A DNA stretch of 64,000 nucleotides from Dehalococcoidia bacterium (GTDB taxonomy: Bacteria > Chloroflexota > Dehalococcoidia > Lucifugimonadales > Australimonadaceae). Numbering within the stretch: position 1 is the first letter of the stretch; every line of letters begins with the position of its first letter. The notes under the pieces are model-generated. The model was given only the letters and a program-made list of their open reading frames with translations, did not search any database and was not told where the DNA came from. Location of the stretch: contig DAOUHT010000144.1 of NCBI GenBank assembly GCA_034428375.1, positions 1,742 to 65,741 of the forward strand, in the 5' to 3' direction. Positions 27,888 to 36,357 of the stretch are shown here, one piece after another. The translations under genes and the position numbers were made by a program.

Positions 27888-28811
27888 GTGTATGCTTCCC
27901 CCATGACCGCCACTCCTGCACCGCAATCGAAGCTCGTCTCCTGGTTCTGGGCGACGCGGCCGTTCTCGCTGTCGGCGTCAATCGCGCCGGTACTGGTGGG
28001 GACGGCGCTCGCCGCGACGGTGGGCGCGCTGGACTGGCTGCTGTTCGCGCTCGCGCTGACGGGGTCGGTCGCCATCCAGATCGGGACGAACCTCACGGAC
28101 GAGTACTCGGACCATCGCAAGTCGGGCAGCGAGGGGAAGTTCCTCGCGCCGCACAAGGTGATCCAGCGCGGGCTGCTCTCGGAGCGAGCCGTGGCGCTGG
28201 GGATGGGGGCTGCGTTCGGTTACGGCGTCGTTGCGGGGCTGGTCATCGTGGCGCACGTGGGCTGGCCGATCCTCGCGGTGGGGCTGGCGAGCGTCGCTGT
28301 GGCGTACCTGTACGCGGGCGGGCCGAGGCCGCTGGGGACGCTGGGGCTCGGCGAGCCGGTGGTGTTCGTGTTCATGGGGCCGCTGATGGTGATGTCGGCG
28401 TACTACGTGCAGCAGGAGGCGCTCACGCCGGCGTCGTTCTCCGTCTCGCTGCCGGTCGCGTTCATCGTCACGGCCATCCTCGTGGTGAACAACATCCGCG
28501 ACGTGGAGGAAGACCGGGAGGCGGGGAAGCGGAGCCTCGCAACCGCCGCCGGAACGCGGGTGGCGACGTGGACGTACGCGGCGCTCCTTGCGGGAGCGTA
28601 CGTGAGCATCGCGGGCGCGGCGCTCGGCGGAGCGGTGAGCCTCTGGGCGCTGCTGGGGCTCGCGCCGCTGCCGTGGGCCGTGGGCGCGGCGCGGGCGCTG
28701 TTCGCGGCGGGTGAGCGTCCCGCGATGAACCGGCTGCTCGTGCGGAGCGGGAAGCTCCACGGGTTGACCGGCCTTGCGCTCGCGGCGGGGTTGTACGCGT
28801 CGAGTTTGTGA
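27888..28811 (+). CDS. menA: 1,4-dihydroxy-2-naphthoate polyprenyltransferase
   Basis: UbiA-family protein with NLTDEYSDHRKSG and NNIRDVEEDREAGKRSL motifs. Start is either GTG 27888 or ATG 27903. Confidence 0.88.
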   Translation: MYASPMTATPAPQSKLVSWFWATRPFSLSASIAPVLVGTALAATVGALDWLLFALALTGSVAIQIGTNLTDEYSDHRKSGSEGKFLAPHKVIQRGLLSERAVALGMGAAFGYGVVAGLVIVAHVGWPILAVGLASVAVAYLYAGGPRPLGTLGLGEPVVFVFMGPLMVMSAYYVQQEALTPASFSVSLPVAFIVTAILVVNNIRDVEEDREAGKRSLATAAGTRVATWTYAALLAGAYVSIAGAALGGAVSLWALLGLAPLPWAVGAARALFAAGERPAMNRLLVRSGKLHGLTGLALAAGLYASSL

Positions 28812-28817
28812 GGGGCC

Positions 28818-28860
28818 TTGCACGCGATATACGTATAACCTATGATGCAATACGTATATC
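28818..28860 (+). promoter_or_regulatory. toxin-antitoxin operon promoter with two palindromic operator candidates
   Basis: TTGCAC (28818-28823), 17 nt, TATGAT (28841-28846). The 11-bp inverted repeat GATATACGTAT / ATACGTATATC (28826-28836 and 28850-28860) brackets the -10. Each half contains the self-complementary ATACGTAT. Confidence 0.55.
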
Positions 28861-28879
28861 GGGTGCAGGACGTGCGTCC

Positions 28880-29125
28880 ATGAAAAGCAAGCTCACCATC
28901 ACTATCGACTCGGAACTTGTCCCCGCCGCGAAGCGCTACGCTCGCTCCAAGGGCGTGTCGCTCTCATCGGTCATCGAGCAGGCATTGCGGGAGGCGACGG
29001 GAGAGACTGAGCCGTCCTTCATGGAGTACTGGAGGGAACGGTTCGCCGAGACGCGAAGGACGCCTCCAGAGCCCGGAACCGACCCCCGCTATGATGCCCT
29101 AGTTCGAAAGCACCTCTACCTATGA
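28880..29125 (+). CDS. DUF6364-type antitoxin, copy 1
   Basis: MKSKLTITIDSELVPAAKRYARSKGVSLSSVIEQALREA is a ribbon-helix-helix-like N-terminus typical of antitoxins paired with PIN toxins. Track ORF trimmed to ATG 28880. Confidence 0.7.
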   Translation: MKSKLTITIDSELVPAAKRYARSKGVSLSSVIEQALREATGETEPSFMEYWRERFAETRRTPPEPGTDPRYDALVRKHLYL

Positions 29126-29132
29126 CGAGCCC

Positions 29133-29369
29133 ATGAAAAGCAAACTCACCATCACCGTCGACTCGGATCTCATTCCAGCGGCAAAACTCTACGCCCGCTC
29201 AAGGGGCGTGTCGCTCTCGTCCGTAATCGAGCAGGCATTGCGGGAGGCGACGGATAAGGGCGAACCAACCTTCGCGGAGAAGTGGCTGGGTAAGTTCAAG
29301 TTGGATCCGGAAGACTACCCCAAGGATGACCCTCGCTTCGACTACCTCGCACGCAAGTACCTGAAGTGA
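29133..29369 (+). CDS. DUF6364-type antitoxin, copy 2
   Basis: First ~45 aa are nearly identical to copy 1 (MKSKLTITVDSDLIPAAKLYARSRGVSLSSVIEQALREA). Its stop overlaps the PIN start as GTGA. Confidence 0.7.
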   Translation: MKSKLTITVDSDLIPAAKLYARSRGVSLSSVIEQALREATDKGEPTFAEKWLGKFKLDPEDYPKDDPRFDYLARKYLK

Positions 29370-29773
29370 TACTTCTCGACACCGATGTGTTGCTGGACGT
29401 GGGGCTAGCCCGGCAGCCCTATGCGCCAACCATGGTCGAAGTCCTCAATCGCTTGCAGCGCAGCCCACGGGAGGCATTCATAGCCTGGCATACCATCTCC
29501 AACCTCTTCTACCTGATAGCCCGTGCACGCGGAGGAGCCGCTGCTCGAGATTTCATCCTAGAACTCATTCAGTTCGTACAAGTGGCCCCGACCAGCACGG
29601 AAGCTGTCCGGTACGCCGCATCACTCCCGATGCCGGACTTCGAGGACGCCATGCAGGTGGCCGCTGCGCGGGCATGCGGGGCTGAGCACATCGTCACACG
29701 GAACCTCAGCGACTTCGAACGCTCCCCCATCCCTGCTGTCACGCCGCAGGAGGCGCTCGCCCAACTGCGCTGA
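29366..29773 (+). CDS. vapC: PIN-domain ribonuclease toxin (VapC-like)
   Basis: ILLDTDVLLD start, and acidic residues at the positions expected for a PIN fold (DFEDAMQ, VTRNLSDF). Confidence 0.8.
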   Translation: MILLDTDVLLDVGLARQPYAPTMVEVLNRLQRSPREAFIAWHTISNLFYLIARARGGAAARDFILELIQFVQVAPTSTEAVRYAASLPMPDFEDAMQVAAARACGAEHIVTRNLSDFERSPIPAVTPQEALAQLR

Positions 29774-29793
29774 GACTCCCACTCGTCCTCGCG

Positions 29794-29822
29794 TTGACCG
29801 TGCGCCCACGCGCGCCTAGACT
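29794..29822 (+). promoter_or_regulatory. candidate promoter giving a leaderless vWA-gene mRNA
   Basis: TTGACC (29794-29799), 17 nt, TAGACT (29817-29822). ATG 29830 is 7 nt downstream with no Shine-Dalgarno. Confidence 0.5.
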
Positions 29823-29829
29823 CCTCGCC

Positions 29830-31911
29830 ATGGCCATCTACCGCTACTCCCGATGGGACGGCTCGCAAGAGGTCCCCATCCCCACGACCGACGACCTGTT
29901 CGACCGGCTCTCCGAGCAGATCCTGCAGGGCGACGACCTCCGCGGGGCGCTCAACCGCATGATGCGTTACGGGATGCGCGGCGAAGGCCAGCGCGGCGCG
30001 GGGCTGCAGGACCTGCTCGAACGGCTCCGCGACGCCCGCCAACGCAACCTCGACCGCTACGACCTGTCCACCATGTTCGACGACATCCAGGAGCGGCTCG
30101 ACGGCATCATCGGCAAGGAGCGCGAGGGCATCAACCAGCGGTTGGAGGAGGTCGAACCGTCGTCCGATGGCGGTCCGCAGGACGGAGGCGGACAGGACGG
30201 AGAAGGCGGAGAAGGCGGGGGCCAGCCCGGCGGAAGCGGGGCGCCACCGAGCGAACTTGCGGACATGCTCCGGCAGATGGCGAACAGGCGGCTGAACCAG
30301 CTGGACAAGCTCCCCGAGGGGGCGGGCGGTCGCATCAAGGAGCTCCGCGACTACGACTTCATGGACAGCGGGGCGCGCGAAGACTTCGACGCGCTCATGC
30401 AGGAGCTCCAGCAGCAGTTCCTCCAGCAGTACTTCCAGGGGATGCAGGAGAGCCTCCAGAACCTGACCCAGGGCGACCTCGCCCAGATCGCGGAGATGGT
30501 GCGCGACCTCAACGAACTCGTGAAGCAGAAGCTGCAGGGCGACGACCCGGACATCAACGACTTCATGAACAAGTGGGGACACATGTTCCCGCCGGGCATC
30601 GAGACATTCGACCAGCTGATGGACTACATGTCCAACCAGATGGCGCAGATGCAGTCGCTGATGAACTCGATGTCGCCGGAGATGCGCCGACAGCTCGAGG
30701 AGATGATGGACGGTCTCCTGCAGGACAACCGCCTCGCGTGGGACCTGTTCGAGCTCGGGACGAACCTGGAACGGATGAACCCCAACAGCTTCCCGGACAA
30801 CGACTTCCGCCTGTTCGGGGACGAACCCGTCACCCTGCAGCAGGCGCTGCAGTTGATGGGCGACCTGAACGACATGGAGGAGTTGGAGCAGCAGTTGCGC
30901 CACGCGCTCCGCACCAACGACGCCACGAACCTCGACGCGGACGAACTCGGCAAGGTGCTCGGCGAGGAGGCGCGGCAGTACGCGCAGGAACTCCAGCGGC
31001 TCACGAAGGAGCTGGAGGAGGCGGGCCTCATCCGCAAGCGCGGGCAGAACGGCTGGGAGCTGACGCCCCAGGCGATGCGGAAGATCGGCGACAAGGCGTT
31101 GACCGACATCTTCAACCGCATACGCGGCGGCGACATCGGCGACCACAACCGCGACAAGAGCGGGGTTGGCGTCGAGATAACGGACGAGACGAAGCGGTGG
31201 GAGTTCGGCGACCCGCTCCACCTCAACACGCTCAAGACCGTGAGCAACGCCGTGCTCCGCGAGGGGCCGGGCACGCCCGTCCGCATCAAACCGGACGACT
31301 TCGAGATAGACCGCACCATCTCCCAGACGCGCGCATCCACGGTCATCGCGATCGACATGAGCTACTCGATGTTCTGGGACGGCGCGTTCCAGGCCGGCCA
31401 GCGCGTCGGGCTGGCTCTCGACACACTCATCCGCTCGAAGTTCCCCAAGGACCAGGTGAGCGTCGTCGCCTTCTCATACTTCGTGCTGCCGATCCAGTCC
31501 CACATGCTGCTCGACACCTACTGGGTGGAGTTCGGCGGCGGCACGAACTTCCAGGAAGTGCTCCGCCAGTCACGGCAGATACTCGGCAGGCAGGGCGGGA
31601 ACAACAAGCAGATCATCCTCATCACGGACGGCGAGCCCACCACGTACAACTGGACGGAGAGCGACCTGCGGGCGAACTACGGGCGGCGGGGCGGCGGGCT
31701 CGTCGAGGCCACGATGCGCGAGGTGATGCGCTGCACACGCGACAACATCACCATCAACACGTTCATGCTGGACCAGAGCCCGTCGCTGCTGCGGTTCGTG
31801 CAACTGATGACGAAGATCAACAGGGGCCGCGCGTTCATCGCGAGCCCGCACAGCCTCGGCTCTTACGTCGTGTCGGACTACGTCTCGAACCGGAACAAGG
31901 TCATCCGCTGA
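29830..31911 (+). CDS. vWA-domain protein with long helical/acidic N-terminal region
   Basis: Starts MAIYRYSRWDGSQ. C-terminal vWA domain has an intact MIDAS (VIAIDMSYSM ... GGTNF ... ILITDGEPT). The track start at 29794 (TTG) coincides with a -35 box, so ATG 29830 is preferred. Confidence 0.8.
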   Translation: MAIYRYSRWDGSQEVPIPTTDDLFDRLSEQILQGDDLRGALNRMMRYGMRGEGQRGAGLQDLLERLRDARQRNLDRYDLSTMFDDIQERLDGIIGKEREGINQRLEEVEPSSDGGPQDGGGQDGEGGEGGGQPGGSGAPPSELADMLRQMANRRLNQLDKLPEGAGGRIKELRDYDFMDSGAREDFDALMQELQQQFLQQYFQGMQESLQNLTQGDLAQIAEMVRDLNELVKQKLQGDDPDINDFMNKWGHMFPPGIETFDQLMDYMSNQMAQMQSLMNSMSPEMRRQLEEMMDGLLQDNRLAWDLFELGTNLERMNPNSFPDNDFRLFGDEPVTLQQALQLMGDLNDMEELEQQLRHALRTNDATNLDADELGKVLGEEARQYAQELQRLTKELEEAGLIRKRGQNGWELTPQAMRKIGDKALTDIFNRIRGGDIGDHNRDKSGVGVEITDETKRWEFGDPLHLNTLKTVSNAVLREGPGTPVRIKPDDFEIDRTISQTRASTVIAIDMSYSMFWDGAFQAGQRVGLALDTLIRSKFPKDQVSVVAFSYFVLPIQSHMLLDTYWVEFGGGTNFQEVLRQSRQILGRQGGNNKQIILITDGEPTTYNWTESDLRANYGRRGGGLVEATMREVMRCTRDNITINTFMLDQSPSLLRFVQLMTKINRGRAFIASPHSLGSYVVSDYVSNRNKVIR

Positions 31912-31927
31912 CAAGCACGCGCGGGGG

Positions 31928-32101
31928 CTATCGTCCGAACCGGACGTACCAGTAGACGAACAGCACCATCGCCGCCGCGATGACTCCCAGGCTTGCAACG
32001 GCGAACGCCGAGTCCAGCAGCACGCCGAGGCTGTTGAGGACGACGGCGATGATGACGAAGATGAAGACGACGCCGACGAGTCCCGCATCTTCACGCTTCA
32101 T
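31928..32101 (-). CDS. 57-aa hydrophobic 2-TM peptide (below the ORF-track size cutoff)
   Basis: My translation: MKREDAGLVGVVFIFVIIAVVLNSLGVLLDSAFAVASLGVIAAAMVLFVYWYVRFGR. The ATG is preceded by AAGGGGA, 9 nt after the stop of the upstream hydratase gene. Confidence 0.4.
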   Translation of the reverse strand: MKREDAGLVGVVFIFVIIAVVLNSLGVLLDSAFAVASLGVIAAAMVLFVYWYVRFGR

Positions 32102-32110
32102 CGCTTCCCC

Positions 32111-32899
32111 TTAGCGGCCCGGGAAGTTCGGCGGGCGCTTCTCTCTGAACGAGCGCACGCCCTCCAGGAAGTCCTCGCTCGCTTCGACGCGGTCGAGCGC
32201 GCGCAGGCGTTCCTCGGGCACCTGGTCCGCCGTGCCGAACTCCAGCAGATCGCGTATCACCTGCTTGTGCGTGCGGTGCGACACCGGCGAGAGCGACGCG
32301 ATCTCCACGGCGAGCGCACGCGCATCGTGCATGAGCGCGCCGCCGTCCACCACGACGCTGACGACGCCCGACGCCAAGGCGCGTTCCGCTGGAATCATGC
32401 GGCCCGTCAGCATGAGGTAGGCCGTGTCGCCCGGCCCCGCGAGGCGCAGCAGGCGGTCGATGTGCCCGTGCGACACGCCGATGCCGCGCTTCGCCGCAGG
32501 CAGCCCGAACTGCGCGTCCGTCGACGCTATACGGACGTCGGCGTAGAGCGCGAGCTCCAGCCCTCCGCCGAGGCAGTAGCCGCGTATCGCGGCGATGGTC
32601 GGCTTGGAGAGCGCGTTCAGCGCGTCGCACGCGTCGTGCACCGCCTGCCGGTAGTTGCGCGCGCGGTCGGGCGTGCTGCGCGTCTCCTCGAAGTCCTTGA
32701 TGTCCGCGCCTGCCGAGAAGGCCTTCTCTCCCGCGCCGGTCAGCAGCACCGCGCGCACCGACTCGTCAGCGTCCAGCTGGGCGAAGAGCGCCGGGAGGCG
32801 CATCCACATGTCGTAGGAGATGGCGTTCCGCTGCTCCGGACGGTTCAGCGTCAGCGTTGCGACCGCGCCGTCGCGCTCTAGGAGTAACTCATCGGTCAC
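32111..32899 (-). CDS. enoyl-CoA hydratase/isomerase family protein
   Basis: LTLNRPEQRNA, LLTGAGEKAFSAGADI and GYCLGGGLELAL crotonase motifs. The GTG start overlaps the coxG stop (GTGA). Confidence 0.85.
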   Translation of the reverse strand: MTDELLLERDGAVATLTLNRPEQRNAISYDMWMRLPALFAQLDADESVRAVLLTGAGEKAFSAGADIKDFEETRSTPDRARNYRQAVHDACDALNALSKPTIAAIRGYCLGGGLELALYADVRIASTDAQFGLPAAKRGIGVSHGHIDRLLRLAGPGDTAYLMLTGRMIPAERALASGVVSVVVDGGALMHDARALAVEIASLSPVSHRTHKQVIRDLLEFGTADQVPEERLRALDRVEASEDFLEGVRSFREKRPPNFPGR

Positions 32900-33342
32900 G
32901 GTGTCATCCCTCCGCCGCTCGCGCGCAGGCAGTCGAAGAAGCGGTCGATCTGGGTCTTCGCTACCGTGCCCACGAGACGCTGGCCGACCCGCGCGAGCAC
33001 GCCGGTCACCTGCACGTCGCCCTCGAAACTGAGCTCCGTGCCTCCGCCATCGTCCGCGAGCGCCATCGAACCTGAGCCCCTGATCTCGGTACGCCCGCCG
33101 GAACCCTGGACCGTCATGCGATAGGACTCCGGCTCGACCATGTCGCTTATGGCGAGCGTGCCCTTGTAGGAGCCGGAGACGATGCCGACCCGCACCGAGA
33201 GTTCGATCTCGTAGCGATCGCCGCCGAGGGGTGTGAACGCGCTGATGCCAGGGATGCATGCGCCCACGGCAGCCGTGTCCATGAGCGTCGTCCACAGGTG
33301 CTCCCTCGGCAGGTCGAAACGGTACGCTCCGCTCAGTTTCAT
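32896..33342 (-). CDS. coxG: SRPBCC/CoxG family protein
   Basis: MKLSGAYRFDLPREHLWTTLMD ... GTVAKTQIDRFF matches carbon monoxide dehydrogenase subunit G-like proteins. Divergent from coxS. Confidence 0.8.
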   Translation of the reverse strand: MKLSGAYRFDLPREHLWTTLMDTAAVGACIPGISAFTPLGGDRYEIELSVRVGIVSGSYKGTLAISDMVEPESYRMTVQGSGGRTEIRGSGSMALADDGGGTELSFEGDVQVTGVLARVGQRLVGTVAKTQIDRFFDCLRASGGGMTP

Positions 33343-33522
33343 GGGACTCCTCCCAAGGTGCTGCGTCCACTATAGCAGCGCCGGGGAATGAGGCTCATTC
33401 TGCTCCTGACCGTTAACGCATTCCATCGATTGACAAACCCCGTGTGTTAGATACCCTTCCCCCGCGCGTGGCGCGCGCATGAATCCCAAGCACGACCAAC
33501 CGGTCGAGGGAGGAGGTCGACT

Positions 33523-33996
33523 GTGACGATCCCTGTCGAAATCACCATCAACGGAAAGGCCTGCGCCGGAGAGGTGGAGCCGAGACAACTGCTCGTCCAC
33601 TTCATCCGGGAGAACGCCGGGCTGACCGGCACGAAAGTGGGGTGCGACACCAGCCAGTGCGGCTCGTGCACGGTGCAGCTGGACGGAGTCGCGGCCAAGT
33701 CCTGCACCGTGCTCACCGTCCAGGCGTCGGGCTCCTCTATCACGACGATCGAGGGGCTGTCGGACGGCGTGGACCTGCACCCACTGCAGGAGGCGTTCTG
33801 GAACAACCACGGGCTGCAGTGCGGCTTCTGCACGCCGGGCATGATCATGGCGGCGAACGAGTTGCTCAGCAGGAACCCGTCTCCGTCGCGGGAAGAGATA
33901 CGCCACGGGTTGGAAGGGAACATCTGCCGGTGCACCGGCTATCAGAACATCGTGAGCGCCGTCGAGGACGCGGCCAAGTCGATGGGAGGGAGGTAA
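33523..33996 (+). CDS. coxS: [2Fe-2S]-binding small subunit of a molybdenum hydroxylase (CoxS-like)
   Basis: [12 protein letters not shown] and [11 protein letters not shown] ... CRCTGYQNI cluster-binding motifs. Confidence 0.92.
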   Translation: MTIPVEITINGKACAGEVEPRQLLVHFIRENAGLTGTKVGCDTSQCGSCTVQLDGVAAKSCTVLTVQASGSSITTIEGLSDGVDLHPLQEAFWNNHGLQCGFCTPGMIMAANELLSRNPSPSREEIRHGLEGNICRCTGYQNIVSAVEDAAKSMGGR

Positions 33997-33999
33997 GCC

Positions 34000-36354
34000 A
34001 TGACCACTCGGATATTCGGTTCCGGTATCCGCCGTCGTGAAGACCCACGGCTCATCACGGGCCGGGCGTCGTACACCGACGACATCAAGCTGCCGGGGAT
34101 GCTCCACGCGGCGATCCTCCGCAGCCCCTACGCACACGCGAACATCACGTCGATCGACGCAAGCGGAGCGGCATCACAGCCCGGCGTCGTCGCCGTCTAC
34201 ACGGGGGCGGACACGGACGGCGTGCTGAACGGCATGCCCTGCGCATGGCTGATCCCTGGCTCCGACCTGAAGACGCCTGCGCACCCGGCCATCGCGAAGG
34301 ACAAGGTCCGCTACGTCGGCGACGCCGTCGCGGTCGTGGTCGCGGAGACGCGGTACCAGGCCGAGGATGCGCTCGAGCACATCGCGGTCGACTACGAGCC
34401 GCTGGACGTCGTCGTCAGCCCGAAGGCGGCTGCGCAGGATGGCGCGCCACAGCTCCACGAGGACGTGCCGAACAACGTCGCGTTCACGTGGGCGGTCGCC
34501 GGTGGCGACGCCGACGCGGCGTTCGCGGACGCGGCGGTCACCGTCAGCGACACCATCACGCTCCAGCGGCTCATCGCGAACCCGATGGAGCCGCGCTCGG
34601 CGCTCGCCCAGTGGAACGCGCCGATGGGCGAGCTGACGCTCTGGAACACGTCGCAGAACCCGCACATCGCGCGGTTCCTCACCTGTGTCGTGACCGGCGT
34701 GCCTGAGCACAAGATACGGGTCATCGCGCCCGAGGTCGGCGGCGGGTTCGGGAGCAAGATCCCCTACTACCCGGACGAGGCCATCACCTCGTTCTGCGCG
34801 ATGAAGCTGGGTGTGCCGGTGAAATGGACGGAGACGCGCAGCGAGAACTACCAGATCACGACGCAGGGCCGCGACCACATCGAAGAGGTGGAGATGGCGG
34901 CCACGAGCGACGGCGTCATCACCGGCCTCCGCACCACGGTCTACGCGGGCATGGGAGGCTACCTCTCGACCGCGAGCCCGGGCATCCCCACCATCCTGCA
35001 CGGCCTGATGTACTCCGGGCCGTACAACATCCCCAACATCAGCGGCACGGTCTACGGCGTGTTCAACAACGGCTGCCCGGTGGACGCCTACCGCGGCGCC
35101 GGACGCCCGGAGGCGACCACGCTCCTCGAACGCCTGGTCGACCTGGTCGCTGCGGCGGTCGGACAGGACCCGGCGGAGGTGCGCCGCAAGAACCTCATAC
35201 CGAAGTTCGAGAACGGCCACGACGTCGCCACCGGCATCACGTACGACAGCGGCGACTACGAGGCCGCGCTGGACTCCGCCCTGAGCGCAGCCGGCTACGA
35301 AGCGCTGCGCGCGGAGCAGGCACAGGCGAGGACGGACGGCCGCTGCGTCGGCATCGGCGTCTCCTCGTACGTTGAGATATGCGGACTCGGCCCGTCACAA
35401 GTGGCTGGCGCGGTCGGCTTCCAGGGCGGTCTGTGGGAGAGCGCCATCGTGCGCTTCCACCCCACGGGCAAGGTGCACGTCATGATCGGCTCCTCGCCGC
35501 ACGGACAGGGCGAAGAGACCACGTTCGCACAGATCATCGCGAGCGAGGTTGGCGTGGACGTGGACGACGTCGACGTCATCCACGGCGACACCGACAACAC
35601 TCCGATGGGCTGGGGCACGTACGGCAGCCGCACGACGGCGGTGTCGGGCGCGGCGGTCGCAGTCGCGGTGCGCAAGATCAAGGAGAAGTCGCGAGCGCTG
35701 GCCGCGCACCTGCTCGAAGCCGCCCCCGAGGACATCGAGTACGAGGACGGGCGCTTCTTCGTGCGCGGGTCGCCCGACCAGCACAAGACGATCCAGGACA
35801 TCGCGCTCATGGCCAACGTCGCCTGGAATATGCCGGAGGGCATGGAGCCGGGGCTGGAAGCCAGCGCCTTCTACGACCCTCCCAACTTCACCTTCCCGTT
35901 CGGCGCGCACGTCGCGGTCGTGGAGGTGGACCCGGAGACGGGGCGCATCGACCTGCAGCGCTACGTCGCCGTGGACGACTGCGGCCCGCAGATCAACCCC
36001 ATGATCGTGGAGGGCCAGGTGCACGGCGGCATCGTCCAGGGCGTCGGCCCGGCGCTCTGGGAGGGCGCGGTCTACGACGACGACGGACAGCTCGTGACCG
36101 GCTCGATGCTGGACTACGCGCTGCCCCGCGCCGACCTGCTGCCGGAGCTGGAGGTCCACTCCAACACGACGCCTTCGCCGCACCACCCGCTGGGGGTGAA
36201 GGGCATCGGCGAGGCGGGCACCATCGCGTCCACGCCCACCGTCTACAACGCGGTGATGGATGCGCTGCGCCCGCTGGGCGTTACCCGCGTAGACATGCCG
36301 TTGACGCCGGAGAAGGTCTGGCGCGCCATCAACGACGCACGGAACGGAGGCTAG
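34000..36354 (+). CDS. coxL: molybdopterin-binding large subunit, form-II CoxL-like
   Basis: 784 aa of the xanthine dehydrogenase family. The active-site loop reads VDAYRGAGRPE (the form-II AYRGAGR signature, not the form-I AYxCSFR). Confidence 0.9.
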   Translation: MTTRIFGSGIRRREDPRLITGRASYTDDIKLPGMLHAAILRSPYAHANITSIDASGAASQPGVVAVYTGADTDGVLNGMPCAWLIPGSDLKTPAHPAIAKDKVRYVGDAVAVVVAETRYQAEDALEHIAVDYEPLDVVVSPKAAAQDGAPQLHEDVPNNVAFTWAVAGGDADAAFADAAVTVSDTITLQRLIANPMEPRSALAQWNAPMGELTLWNTSQNPHIARFLTCVVTGVPEHKIRVIAPEVGGGFGSKIPYYPDEAITSFCAMKLGVPVKWTETRSENYQITTQGRDHIEEVEMAATSDGVITGLRTTVYAGMGGYLSTASPGIPTILHGLMYSGPYNIPNISGTVYGVFNNGCPVDAYRGAGRPEATTLLERLVDLVAAAVGQDPAEVRRKNLIPKFENGHDVATGITYDSGDYEAALDSALSAAGYEALRAEQAQARTDGRCVGIGVSSYVEICGLGPSQVAGAVGFQGGLWESAIVRFHPTGKVHVMIGSSPHGQGEETTFAQIIASEVGVDVDDVDVIHGDTDNTPMGWGTYGSRTTAVSGAAVAVAVRKIKEKSRALAAHLLEAAPEDIEYEDGRFFVRGSPDQHKTIQDIALMANVAWNMPEGMEPGLEASAFYDPPNFTFPFGAHVAVVEVDPETGRIDLQRYVAVDDCGPQINPMIVEGQVHGGIVQGVGPALWEGAVYDDDGQLVTGSMLDYALPRADLLPELEVHSNTTPSPHHPLGVKGIGEAGTIASTPTVYNAVMDALRPLGVTRVDMPLTPEKVWRAINDARNGG

Positions 36355-36357
36355 GTC

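Noticed and set aside
33343-33522. TTGACA box near 33457 as the coxS promoter
   Set aside because: No acceptable -10 hexamer lies at 16-19 nt spacing (TAGATA is only 12 nt away). I only retained the minus-strand TGCTATAGT as a weak candidate for coxG.
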